Assembly: GCA_040954595.2 (NCBI GenBank)
Contig: CM082588.2
Location: 2,702,144-2,766,143 of the forward strand
Direction: 5' to 3'
Source of the DNA: Balanoglossus misakiensis
Taxonomy: Eukaryota > Animalia > Hemichordata
Length of the DNA stretch: 64,000 nucleotides
Below, in pieces: positions 14,348-25,467 of this stretch. Position numbers and translations under genes: made by a program. Under the pieces are notes generated by a model. It saw nothing but the letters and a program-made list of their open reading frames with translations, made no database searches and had not been told where the DNA came from. Position 1 is the stretch's first letter. Each line of letters starts with the position of its first letter.

Positions 14348-17300
14348 CATTCAGTTCCGCATTCACTTTAGCGTCGTCTATGGCCTGCCCTATCATCTCG
14401 ACCCCGACGACCTTTTTAACAGAGTTTGCCATGATAATGGAAATAGTGCCAGTCCCGCAACACACATCCAGCAGTAATGTCTTGTCACTCACTTTGCAGA
14501 GTTCCTTCACTGTCGAGTATAACACTTCAGCAGCCAGTGTGTTCGTCTGGAAGAAGGACTCAGGAGAGATTCGGAATTTCAGATCGAAGAGACACTCGTA
14601 GATGTACCGTTCGCCGTGAAGAAGTTCGAAGGGTGCCTCGTCGTTTGTCTGTCTGGTCTGCGAACTGCAAATCAAAAGAAATTCCCAAATCATGAATGAT
14701 ACTACACGTATTTTAATTTTCAGTTTATCAATAAAGATAAAAGTACTGGTTTCCTGTATAAATGCCAAGCAAATGCTCAAATGCTTATGGAGGATTGGGA
14801 TCTCTTACATGTTTAGAGCCAGATTGTTGAAATTATATTTACCTTTCTTGTATATACAACGATGTCAAGCCACAGACCTTCCCATCTCCCTGAGTGAAAT
14901 ATTCCTTCAAGTGCTTTTTATGACTGTACAACTCATCCTGTTATAGAAAAGGGAAATAAAAATTAAATACTTTTTTTCTGAAAAAAGAGAGAATTAAGAA
15001 TTAAGTGCATCAATGAATAAACACAGACAAGTACGAAAAAAACTCATAACAAAACAAAAACAATTTACTTCACACGCTACCTGCGACAATTCTTGTGGGT
15101 GTATTTTGACCACTGCCATAAGGTCGCCATGGAGATTTGATCTCACTGTACAGGTCCTCCAGTTGCCTCTATCATTGAAATCCATCATCACGTTCAGTGG
15201 TGACTCTCTTAAGAAACATTCATATGCCTGTGTGAACAAGAACAGATGTTGGTCGTGCACCTTTCTCCCCATTACTAGAATTTTCACACAACATGAATTT
15301 AAAGTGACTATTGGTATCATTTCATTTAAAGTATTAAAAAGAAAACACTTATAGTTCTCTATGATGAATTATGAATTACACATTTGAACAATTTCATACC
15401 TTTGCGACCATCTTGTGTTGACTGTTCATGTTGATACACTGGTCAGGTCGTACACATACAACATTTTTCTCTGAAAAAAAAAAGAAAACAAATTTCACTC
15501 TTCTGAGATTGGGATGGAAATGTGAGGGACACTTTGCCTGTTTACTTAATTTTTTTGACAGAAAAACTCCAGCTTTCACAGATGAATTAAAAATTTACAG
15601 AAAAGTTGGGCAGGTTTACAATTCTGGGGACCTTTAATGTTCATCCAACTTACTTTTCATCTGTCCGACATAGAAACCCACTGTTTTCCTGTTGCTGTCT
15701 GGACCAACTGCAACTGACAACTCACATTTGTTTCGATATCCTGTTATCAGAGGCTGAGAAGAAAGTTGTCTGATCAGCACAAGAAGTCCAGTAGTTACAT
15801 AGAAACACTGCAAATAGCATTCTCTCATAAGATTCTAAAATCATATGAAAATATAAAAATCTATACTTTCATTAAAAGTGATTTTTTTCCACTGGCATAT
15901 GCTAAATCATTTTTCGAATACTTTTTAATAACTTAAAATCATTATTCAAAGACCTTCTGATAATGCTTTTAAAATCTGGGAAATTCTGGAATGATTGGAC
16001 CAACTTGGATCATGTCTCAATCAGGGCTTGGACAAAATTAACAGGGGGGCTGGTGCTTTTCAAAGACCTTGATTTCAGCACATGCAGTCTTTTAGAAATT
16101 TAGTTGGTATTTTCCTTCTCCATGCACAAAAATTGATGACCCCCCCCCCCTCCCTTATTCATGAACGGAATCCCCCCCCCCACAGTTAATACTGACCAGG
16201 CCCTAAAAAATCACTTACAGCTGCTTTAGTCGCCTCTAGAGGGCAGCATACACCATTGTGCTTATCAGCATGTTTGATCAGCTGCAAGTCCTCCCACCCA
16301 TCAAATGTTGATATCTCTCTTGTCAGCAGCCTCAACACCTCCTGATTGGCAGAATACTTCATAGTCAACTGTTTCTTGTATGGAATCCTCCACAAAGGTG
16401 TGACAGTATCTGACAACCTCTCAGACAACTGCTCTGTGTTGAGTGCACTCCAGGTGTGTGGGTTAAATGGAGACTTGGGCTTGCCAGATCTCTTAGAAGT
16501 GTTGTAGTATCTTGAGTTTCCACACTGCATACACACTGGCAGCAGTGATGTTAGCTGTAATCTGAATGTGTTGCAATAACTCCTGAAAAGGCAAACAACA
16601 AGCCAGTAAGTGATTGCTACCCACAGGAGGTGAATTCTTTGAATAGCCTGATTGCTCATATTGGCTGAACAAGGAGATAAATGGCCAGATCATGGACAAA
16701 TCATATCTTCAGGTCAAGGGACCACTTTATTTGTGTGCACTTCATCTATTAGGTTTATTTCTGATTGTGTGCACAACACAACTGATTGAATCATTAATGT
16801 TATGTTCTAAATTACGACATATGATTAGATTTTCACAGGTGCTTTGAAATACTGAGTGGGAAGACATGGCAACAACATTGCCCTTGGCCCTCAGGGCGCA
16901 ATGAGTGTTTGTGGACACTGAGTAAGTTACAAAGCCTGTTAATTATCACACTTCCAAATATCCAAAGACCCTGTCAACGGTCAAGACGAAATTATATGTA
17001 AAACGGGGTAGCCGCTGTTCAATGGGCACTTGTGGCGCATCTCGCCGGCCCGTGCCCGTAGACTAAAAATGTAAACAAATACACGTGTTCATTTTGTTGA
17101 CATACATGTCTATATCTCAGTGTTTGTGAACACTGACTTACATGCTTAGTAATTATCACATTTCAAATATATCTTAAGACCATGTCAACTATCTAGAGGA
17201 ACTTATAAAAATGAGGTTGCTGCTTTTGAGTGGTAATTTGGCGTTGTATTTGTAGGGCATGGCGGCCTGTGCCACGCCCATAGACCAATAATGTAAACAA

Positions 17301-20014
17301 ATACACGTGGTCGTTTCGGAGTTTCGTCAAATGGTTGCTACACATGTCTATGATCACGAAGGCACCAAATATTGCGTGTGTGAATACAAAAGGGTAACAT
17401 TTACCTCTGTAACATGTTGCTTAATACGGCAAAACGCATTCTCCATACAAAAATAACTGAAACAGTTCCACCGTATAATGCAGACGACGTACAGTCTACT
17501 AACAGTTCATGACCCCTCACTACAGTTAGCTTTGACATCAGACCATCTTCGGATTCAAGCTCAGCAGTACTCCCTCCTTTCCCCTCCCTCCATCTCCCTC
17601 CCCTCTCCTCTTTTCTTCTGTCATGAATTTCCTTCGGAAACCCATAGGAAAGAAACGTTGACAAATTTTGGAGGGGAAATCGAATCGAGTGAGATGTTCG
17701 CTATTAATCCCAATCATAAGCTATTCTCAGTCCGTACATTTAAGCGCATGCGTTCGTTAACTGCGGGTCATTTGTCAGGTGATACCTGTCAGGTGACAGT
17801 TGGGTTGAGTTGAATCGTAAACTCAGTTTTAGTTTGCAGAAGTATTGTACGACAACTGAGATGTCTGCCTGTTTAAACTGCAACGAACCTTTCAGGAGGA
17901 AGACAGGTAAAATACGACGTGGGAAAGACACTGGTAAGGGGTACTACAGATATTCGCTCCACGCGAAATGCGGTGACACTGGTCTCACTGTCGAGGAAGT
18001 CGTGGAAAGTCTTTTTAAAATCAGATTCAAGCATACATTTGACCAAGGCATGCAATTTGTATGCGTGACTTGCTTTGCCCTGATCCGTGCTCTGCACAAG
18101 AAGAGGATGGAAGTTGCTCACATTGAAGATGAACTCCGAAAACGCGCCGGAACTGGCCCTGGGTCGTTCACTGTTTCCGGTGCTCCCCAACAAGAACCAA
18201 CAACCATTACTACAAGTGCATCCAGTAGTAGTAGCAACACCACCGTTACCACTACTCCGAGTCCAAGTAATGACACTACCAATGGTAGCAGTACTACGCA
18301 GAGTAGCACTAAAGATACTGCTAGTACTAGCAGTGGAAATGCAACTGTATGCTTGAGTTTCCACAACTATGCTAATACTATAAGTACTACTTCAACTAGT
18401 ACAAGTGCCAGCAGTGGTAGTGGTGGGATGAAAATTACTACTACAAGTGATAATGATAGCAACAGTGTCAATGGTAATGATATTATGGCTTCAAGTACTG
18501 ACCCATCAAGTACACCAAGTGAACCCAAGCCACCACCATTAGCTTCAGTGATGTTTTCACAAAGGAATAACAGGTTTGCAGGTGTCTCTGTGGTAAGGCT
18601 CTACTAATAACCATGTACATGTATATACTGTTAAACAGGTTATTTTCACGACCAATAAATTTTCGCTAAATAAGCGAGAGCCAAAAAAAACACAGTAATT
18701 CGCAAACAGTGCTATTAAACTAAAATGAAATTAATATGTGTGGATTTGTATAAGTTACAGATATTTTTAAAATCTTATTTACAGAAAGGGCCAGGCTTTA
18801 TGACAAAGGTTGTTGGGCCAGGCTTTATGAAGAAGGCTGTTACACACATGGTAAACTCCCAGTACTATCAGGGCTTTCGCATACTTGCACGCTATAGTGC
18901 AAGATTTCGACGAGATTGTTTGCGCTTCATTGTCAAGGAAATACGGCAGGAAATGTCTGCATACCTCCAAAGTACCGATAAAGTCACTGGACAAACGGCA
19001 ACTGTGCACAGTCTTGAGGTTTTCGACTGGTGCAGTTACCTTGGTGAAATCCAAGATAACTTGCCTCTCCTCTTTGCAATACTTAAGAGCGCTATTTCCA
19101 AACTGCCAGCTACCCAAGGCCACGAAATGTGAGTGAACTTGCATACACTTGTTAATAATACTGTCAACACCAATTGATTTGCATATTGATATTAACCTCA
19201 TTCAACTTTGTACACATTTTGTTATTTTTTTCCGTTACAAAGTTTCAGAATGACTGAATATCACTTTAGCTTATGAACTTATGGCAAAAATCGACCATCT
19301 TGAAATTGTCGACCATACAAGATATTCATCAGTCACCTAGGTTGCAAAAACCTATATACATGTAAAGTAGGAAGATTTATAATGCTGAATAATGTCTTCA
19401 TCTTCGTCTTACAGTAACATTTCGTCAGTGCCACAATTGGGCTTCATAGTGGGGTCAATTCTCAATGCCAGACATTCTTACAAATTTAAGTTCCTCCAGG
19501 AGATAGTATCGTTGTTCCTGCATAGGGAGGGATCTACCCAGAAGGTGAGAATTCAAACCTTTGCGCAGGCAAAGAGAATGTGAATAAATTTAGTTGTTGG
19601 CTTCCATCCCAGGAAACATAAGTCCCACATCAGCGGTCTGGATTTATTTTTGTCTTTGCAGAAAACTTATAAGACAGAGAAATTAATTGTCACTTCCTTT
19701 TTGTTATGTTATGCCAACAGCTGACCTATTTTTTTAACAGTATAGGCTTGTCTCTTGGGAAGAAAGGTACACAGGCAATAGTCAAAAGAATCAAGACCAG
19801 CATTGGTGAGGAGAAGGAGAAGAATTTGAAGAAGAGAGAGACAGTCTTTAGAGTAAGTTATCTTTGACTGCCATGAAACACTCAGCAAAGTTGGCCAGTA
19901 TTTCTTTGATCTTTTTTTCAGTGGGCACTCTACAGACAAGTATTTCAGTGAATTCAGTGACCAAACATTTCCTTTGACTCACTTTGGAAAGTTGTGAAAA
20001 TTTCTGGAAACCAT
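14348..20014 (-). CDS. TRMT2B: TRMT2B-like mitochondrial tRNA/rRNA m5U methyltransferase; 7 coding exons found, C-terminal exons not found
   Basis: Exons 20014-19983 (MVSRNFHNFP, inferred start), 16582-16219, 15753-15654, 15470-15400, 15227-15081, 14937-14843 and 14664-14348 splice in frame. Motifs ERLSDTVTPLWRIPY, GYRNKCELSV-GPDSNRKTVGFYVG, NVVCV, VRSN-G-MAVV-HPQELSQ, CGLTSLY, FRISPESFFQTNT and SAM motif I LLDVCCGTG match my recollection of human TRMT2B better than TRMT2A. Confidence 0.85.
16022..16205. mobile_element. ~184-bp MITE-like element with imperfect ~28-bp TIRs and G/C runs, in a TRMT2B intron
   Basis: The left end CAGGGCTTGGACAAAATTAACAGGGGGG aligns with the reverse complement of the right end, TAGGGCCTGGTCAGTATTAACTGTGGGG. 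Confidence 0.6.
16905..17353. repeat. Diverged tandem duplication, 2 x ~215-235 bp
   Basis: Collinear shared blocks GTGTTTGTG.ACACTGA, TAATTATCACA.TT.AAATAT, AAGACC.TGTCAAC, AATGTAAACAAATACACGTG (identical at 17068-17087 and 17290-17309) and ACATGTCTAT. Confidence 0.75.
17861..19951 (+). CDS. Uncharacterised ~455-aa protein: N-terminal CxxC...CxxC (ZAD-like) zinc finger, Ser/Thr-rich linker and a helical region resembling the N-terminal part of putative transposases (DUF6589-associated); nested antisense in a TRMT2B intron
   Basis: Exons 17861-18592, 18785-19128, 19415-19544, 19721-19852 and 19922-19951 join in frame through GT-AG introns. Motifs: CLNC...CVTC, FDW-SYL-EI-LPLLFAIL, SILNARH-LQEIVSLFLHREG, FNSIGLSLG. 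The family assignment is from memory and is weak. Confidence 0.65.
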
Positions 20015-20016
20015 CC

Positions 20017-20358
20017 CTATATAAATAAAAATAAAACACGTTAATATTGCAGTAGCATGGTGGTCGAAAACGTTACGTAGCAGGTACACTCTTGCCTCTC
20101 CAGAGGGCGCTGTTAATGACCTTTGGCTTTTGTTAAGAACTGTAATTTCGTGAAATAATGCACCAGTTTACATCAAGCATTTCTTTGAATATTACATGGG
20201 AAGTTGACAAAAGTTGTAGCTCCTTTTTGAGGATACTTCAAAGTTACGAATAATTTGTGCGGTGTAGCTGTCTAACCAATCAGAGACTGCCTTTCAACTA
20301 CTTTCGTGTATATACATCCGGGTATTTTTAATGACGTCCATTTTGCTCTATTGAGGAA
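20017..20358. promoter_or_regulatory. Probable bidirectional promoter, TRMT2B/MEAF6
   Basis: Divergent start codons lie ~345 bp apart. CCAAT at ~20276 and TGACGT at ~20332. Confidence 0.55.
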
Positions 20359-22102
20359 ATGGCGGCGAAACAGTCTTCGCAAAATTCTGATACGAGAGCC
20401 GAACTTGCTGAATTGGTGAAAAGGAGGGCGGAAATAGCGGTAAATAGTGTGTTTATTGCCAAAGCCCGTTATTGGTAGTATCAAAAATGTATTGGAACGT
20501 AACATATGCGGGTAATGTGTGCCTAAATGTAATGATGTCCGCATTTTAATTTAGTTGTTCATTTCCCGCGCTAAACCTTTCCTCTGTAAAGTGGGGGATT
20601 TTCCTCATACCGCCATCAGTTCACATATTCTAATGATACAATAGAAGATTTGGAAATGTCCGGGTAGTTTACGGTGCGATAAGCTTTCATAAAAACTGTA
20701 TTTTACGCGATGTCAAAATTTGAAACGCCCTGAAAATGGCGGATGCGCTGTAAGTGTTCCGTCGGGGTCCCGTCTGCGCAGTGTGTTGTCAAACATGGAT
20801 GCCGGTAGTGTCCATTGCATTTCCACTCTCCATTAGTTCTGTAGTCTAGAAATCTAGGCATTCTTTTAACGTTGTACGAATCAAAAACACAGTATAGTCT
20901 AAACTCTACTAAGTAACCTGTCATTAAACTGATCCTACACTTACATACTGCTTTTGGACTTTGCAATTCAGGAAACCCTGGCAAATTTGGAAAGACAGAT
21001 ATATGCGTTTGAGGGAAGCTACCTGGAAGACACTGCTTTGTATGGGAACATCATCAGAGGCTGGGATAGGTACCTGACAAACAAGTAAGTCATGCTTTGC
21101 TTATTTGTTGTTCACTTGACTGCCATTCCAATATAGCTCAGTATAGCTGCTTGGGTGAGAGTAAATTATAACATAGTGATTGCCATGTTTGATGTCTAGG
21201 AACACTAACAGCAAGGCTGACAAAAGGAACCGAAAATTCAAAGAAGCAGACAGATTGTTTTCGAAATCGTCAATCACGTCACATGTGGTGAGTTGTTTTG
21301 TTTTATATAAATCATGACGCTGGCTTCTTGTGAAAACATTTATTCCTGCAATAAGAAGCATTGAAGTTACTGAAATCAGTGTATACAGATTTTATTGATA
21401 CAAAAGTGGTTTTCCATCGGATGTTTGTTTTTAACCATCAGTTTGTTTTAACGCGTTTCAAATTATTTTCAGGCATGCAGTGGTCTGACAGATCAGTTGC
21501 ATGACAAAAGTAAGTATAACTGTTTGTGTATCAGTGTTGCTTTCATGACATGATGTGATCTTACTCTTTCATCAGATTATCTCGGGAGATCTTATTTGGA
21601 GTCACAGCTACACTGTACATGTACTATTTTTTTAACCTTTTATGAAAAATAACGCCAACTTAAACTCTTGCTGTCTACAGGCCAAAGGGAACCACCACAC
21701 AGTCCCCTGACAGAGGCCCCAATGTTGAATGGTCCATCCACGTCACAGTCAGGTCATCAGGGAAATTCCATTGTCGGCATGGGTCACACAGCCAGCAGCA
21801 ATGGAACACATGGCAGTTCACACAGCAACACACACATAGGGAAAGTACACAAAAGTTCACACGGGCACAAGAAGAGGAAAAATAAAAGCCGGCACAGGTA
21901 CAGTGACTTTTACCAGGCAAAATTTACTTGGAGAGAATAGCAGTAGGCCAGCACAAAAATTGTGGTGAATTTGAGGTGAATGCAAGGAAGAAATAAGGAG
22001 CTGATTTCACAGTGTGATTTTAGCATTAACGATCAATTCTGTTTACTTTCTTTCAGGCTGGAAATAAAGTCAAAAAAGGCCAAACTTCATGATGGATACT
22101 GA
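20359..22102 (+). CDS. MEAF6: Chromatin modification-related protein MEAF6/Eaf6 (NuA4/MYST complex subunit), 6 exons
   Basis: Exons 20359-20439, 20972-21084, 21200-21287, 21473-21509, 21681-21897 and 22057-22102. Translation includes [75 protein letters not shown] and [11 protein letters not shown]. Confidence 0.96.
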
Positions 22103-23724
22103 TGATGTCACAGGACTGCCAAAGACCAATCAAGAAATCTTGCATTTACTAACTGTTGTTATGCGTGTTTGAAGAAAATCAGCATTTGTGTTAGAGTTCC
22201 GTTGCAGTATCTCTTTGTACTCGGTGCCTCAATCCCCTGGCCTGTGAACTGTTACGGGATTAGTGTACAATGCAAACTCGATATGTCATGATTTATGTAC
22301 AGTTGTCCATTATAGCTAGCTCTTAAAGTTTTTTTGTGCCACTATGTAAATATTCCTGATCAGAGAAAAAAAAGTTTCAGGATATTGTAACAAGAAAAGA
22401 ATGACATTCAGTCTGTGCTCCAAATTTTGAATTAGATTAACAGGTTTTCTGTGACCATTTTTTTTTTTACAGGAAATGTAAACTTTTCTGAGTTGAGACT
22501 TTGCCTGTAGTACCAGAGTAGAGCACTCTTTTTTTATACATGTAGTTGTAGATTAGTTGGTGGTTGTTAGTTTTCCTGATGTCTGTAAATACACATTAAA
22601 AGATAATCATTTATTTACTGCATATGGCGTTATGGTGCTTTGTGTCCTACATCTGCCCACACCCAGATTCTTTTAAGAAGGCGGAACTAAGATTGTGTTC
22701 CTCTTTGAAGAACAGAGGACTATGAACAAGATCTTGTCATAATAACATCTCAGTCATGGGTCTTGTATACAAAGAAAATTAATTTTCCAAAAAGAATCCA
22801 TGAATTATGAAATACAGTTTTGAATTGATATAAAACACAATTCTCTTGAAGTAGTTTGCAGTGTGGTTGCTATGTAAATGCTACTCGTTTCATCAAACCG
22901 GTGCAGAAACATTATTCGGTCCAGTGTGTATCTCCATGAGGAAGCAAACGTCCAGCAGAAGGTAGCCTTTTAATACTTTGTACTACTACTACTAGTATTT
23001 GATGTGAAATCCTGCATCTTTGCCTCTGTTGAGAAAAAAGTTGAAGATGATAATGCGAGTTGAAAATTGGCAAAAGATGTTGGTGATGTAAGTTGTGTTT
23101 ACAATGAAGCTCAGCCCTAAGCAAGAACATGGACATGCATGTGACATAATTGTCTCTGCTTGGAGCCCTGCCCAATCTAGACTACCAGGGTATACATGAG
23201 AGAAAGGCAAACAATAATCATAGGTATACAAGGTCCTCTACCATTGGACAGGGACTATAGACAGGGGTAGAAAAAGAAGCAAATTCCATTTCTCTGCAAC
23301 TATGACAACCCAGCTCATGTTGTGACCCAGCACAGCTCCATTGGATGGAATAGCTTGCATGAGACCCTATGGACATATCACACTATTATTAGTAAAACTG
23401 ATTTTGCATGATCAGGTGAAGTGAAATGATAAAATAAAACAGTGAGTGATATCCAACAGTTTTGAAATTTTACAAACTGATTTTTAACAAAACTGATATT
23501 TTTATGCAAATAATATGGGTGATTAAATGTTATTTTAGATGAAATACATGGTATTGGTTGGCATTACTTTACAAATTAGGGGTAGACACCATTTGTTAAT
23601 AATTATTCTGTTGGATGTACATTTCAACAAAGTAGAAATTGTGATGATATTTTTTAAATTCATAATTTCAGTATGAGATTGATTTTAGGGTCGCACACAA
23701 AGCCAGGAGACCACTCACCGTTTG

Positions 23725-25348
23725 CTACTGTCTACTTGTGAGGGACTTACGTTTCACCAATTTACGCTCCCTCTTGACGGTGTGAATCTTGGCACCGGTG
23801 TAGAAGAAGAAAGGGAGGATGCAGAAGAGAACCGACACTGCTATGATGAGCACTGGGTTCTTCACAGGCGTCTTGCAGTGGAACTGTTGACTCCACAGGT
23901 ACTGGGTGTAGTTCATCTATACACAGTACAGGGACAGGTAATGAGAGACAGAATTACGGATGGCTCGAAATGACGATGCTTTACAGCCAAGCGACAAGCA
24001 TAATCATCTGTCATGTGAGTGACCGACCAACAGTGTGCCCTCTATGCCCATATGACGAGCCACTGACTAAAAACTACCTGGTGACTGACCCAATTCCATG
24101 TCATACTCACTGCATCAACAATGTCCATACAGATTTCCTCTTGAGTTCCCATGCTGTTGTAGAAATGAGATAGATTCTGGTACAGTCCTTGACACTGACG
24201 GCACACAGTGCATGCTGACGAATTGCCTAATGAGAATTCTTGCGACTGTAGAGACAGGACTGTTCTTGGTATGAACTCCTGCAAAGAGAAACTCTCGGTT
24301 CACATCTCAGTCAGTCAGCCAAGGGCTCATATCATAAAGAAGACCAGTGTTTGTATATGTACAAACCAGCTATAACTTATATCTGAACTTACATCTGAAC
24401 TGTTGGCAAAACACTTTGTTGTCTCATTTAGAAGACCCTGAAAGTGAGTTGCATCTCCTGAAATGGAATCATAACTGATAGTACCATTGGACCTTCGAAA
24501 ACAACCTAGAGAAGCAAATACAAACAGGTCAGTTTCTAATGTTAATGATGAAAGAAAAATACTCAAATTCCAAAACTGACTGAAAAGCTCATTCCAGCAT
24601 TATATGCAGATTAATTTACATGGACCAAACTTACCATTACATTTTGCTGTATCCCACAAATTAATTGCAAAGTCATACGTTTGCTGTACAATTATGACTC
24701 TGTCTTGCTTTAAAAGGACATCACCACATTTATCCTGTCATAGAAAATTACATCATTATTCAGTGCTTGAACCAGTGTAATTAATGACTGGAATCATGAA
24801 GATGAAGTGGTTCCATATTAATCAAGTTTACGTGTACTTTTCAATGTCCTTTTCACACTTACCTCACGGATGTCATTGTAATACTTTTTAACTGATAAAT
24901 ATTGATGAACACATTCTTCGCAGAGCCTGAAAGGTCTGGCGTGTAACACTGTGCAGTGAGTGAAACGCGATGATGCTTTACCAAAATCTTCAAGAAATCT
25001 AAAGCATATGGAGGAGCTTAGTGGGACAAAGGGAACTGCTGTCGCAGTTGTGTTCACGAAAGGAGACGATGTCTCTACAGTAGAAATATTCCCAACTTGT
25101 TGAAGGTCTTCCTTCATTGTCACCATCACATGACGAATGTCGTCTGCAGTTTTTTCGACGTGAAGCTTGTTCTGACCCAAGTTTGCAATGTTTTCACTGC
25201 GTTCACCGGCGTCATCTTTGACCTTGAGTGTTCCCGAATGTTCTGGCTGCCCCCTTACAGTAAAGACAGTCGCAATTACCAACAAAATACAAGGTAATGA
25301 GCGAAAATTCACTCGTAGATGATGAAAACAACCTTCCTCGTCCGCCAT
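23725..25348 (-). CDS. OSTM1: Osteopetrosis-associated transmembrane protein 1 (ClC-7 beta subunit)
   Basis: Exons 25348-24863, 24734-24635, 24505-24393, 24278-24111 and 23916-23725. It has a signal peptide, the Cys pattern C-F-CTVLHARPFRLCEEC, LWDTAKC, C-C-Y-L, CMDIVDAMNYT-WS-FHC, and a TM helix ending LPFFFY followed by a basic tail. The exact C-terminus is uncertain because an alternative donor lies at ~23749. Confidence 0.9.
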
Positions 25349-25467
25349 TATGTGTTTGTTTGTTCGTTCGTTGACAACTCCTCAAGTCTGGGAGGAGGAG
25401 TTTGCGGGTGACCTTACGAACAACCAACTCCGGGTCAACTGTGAAATCTACACGTGAAAGAAACAGA
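25349..25467. promoter_or_regulatory. Probable bidirectional promoter, OSTM1/MRPS31
   Basis: Only 119 bp separate the divergent ATGs. E-box CACGTG at 25451. Confidence 0.6.
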
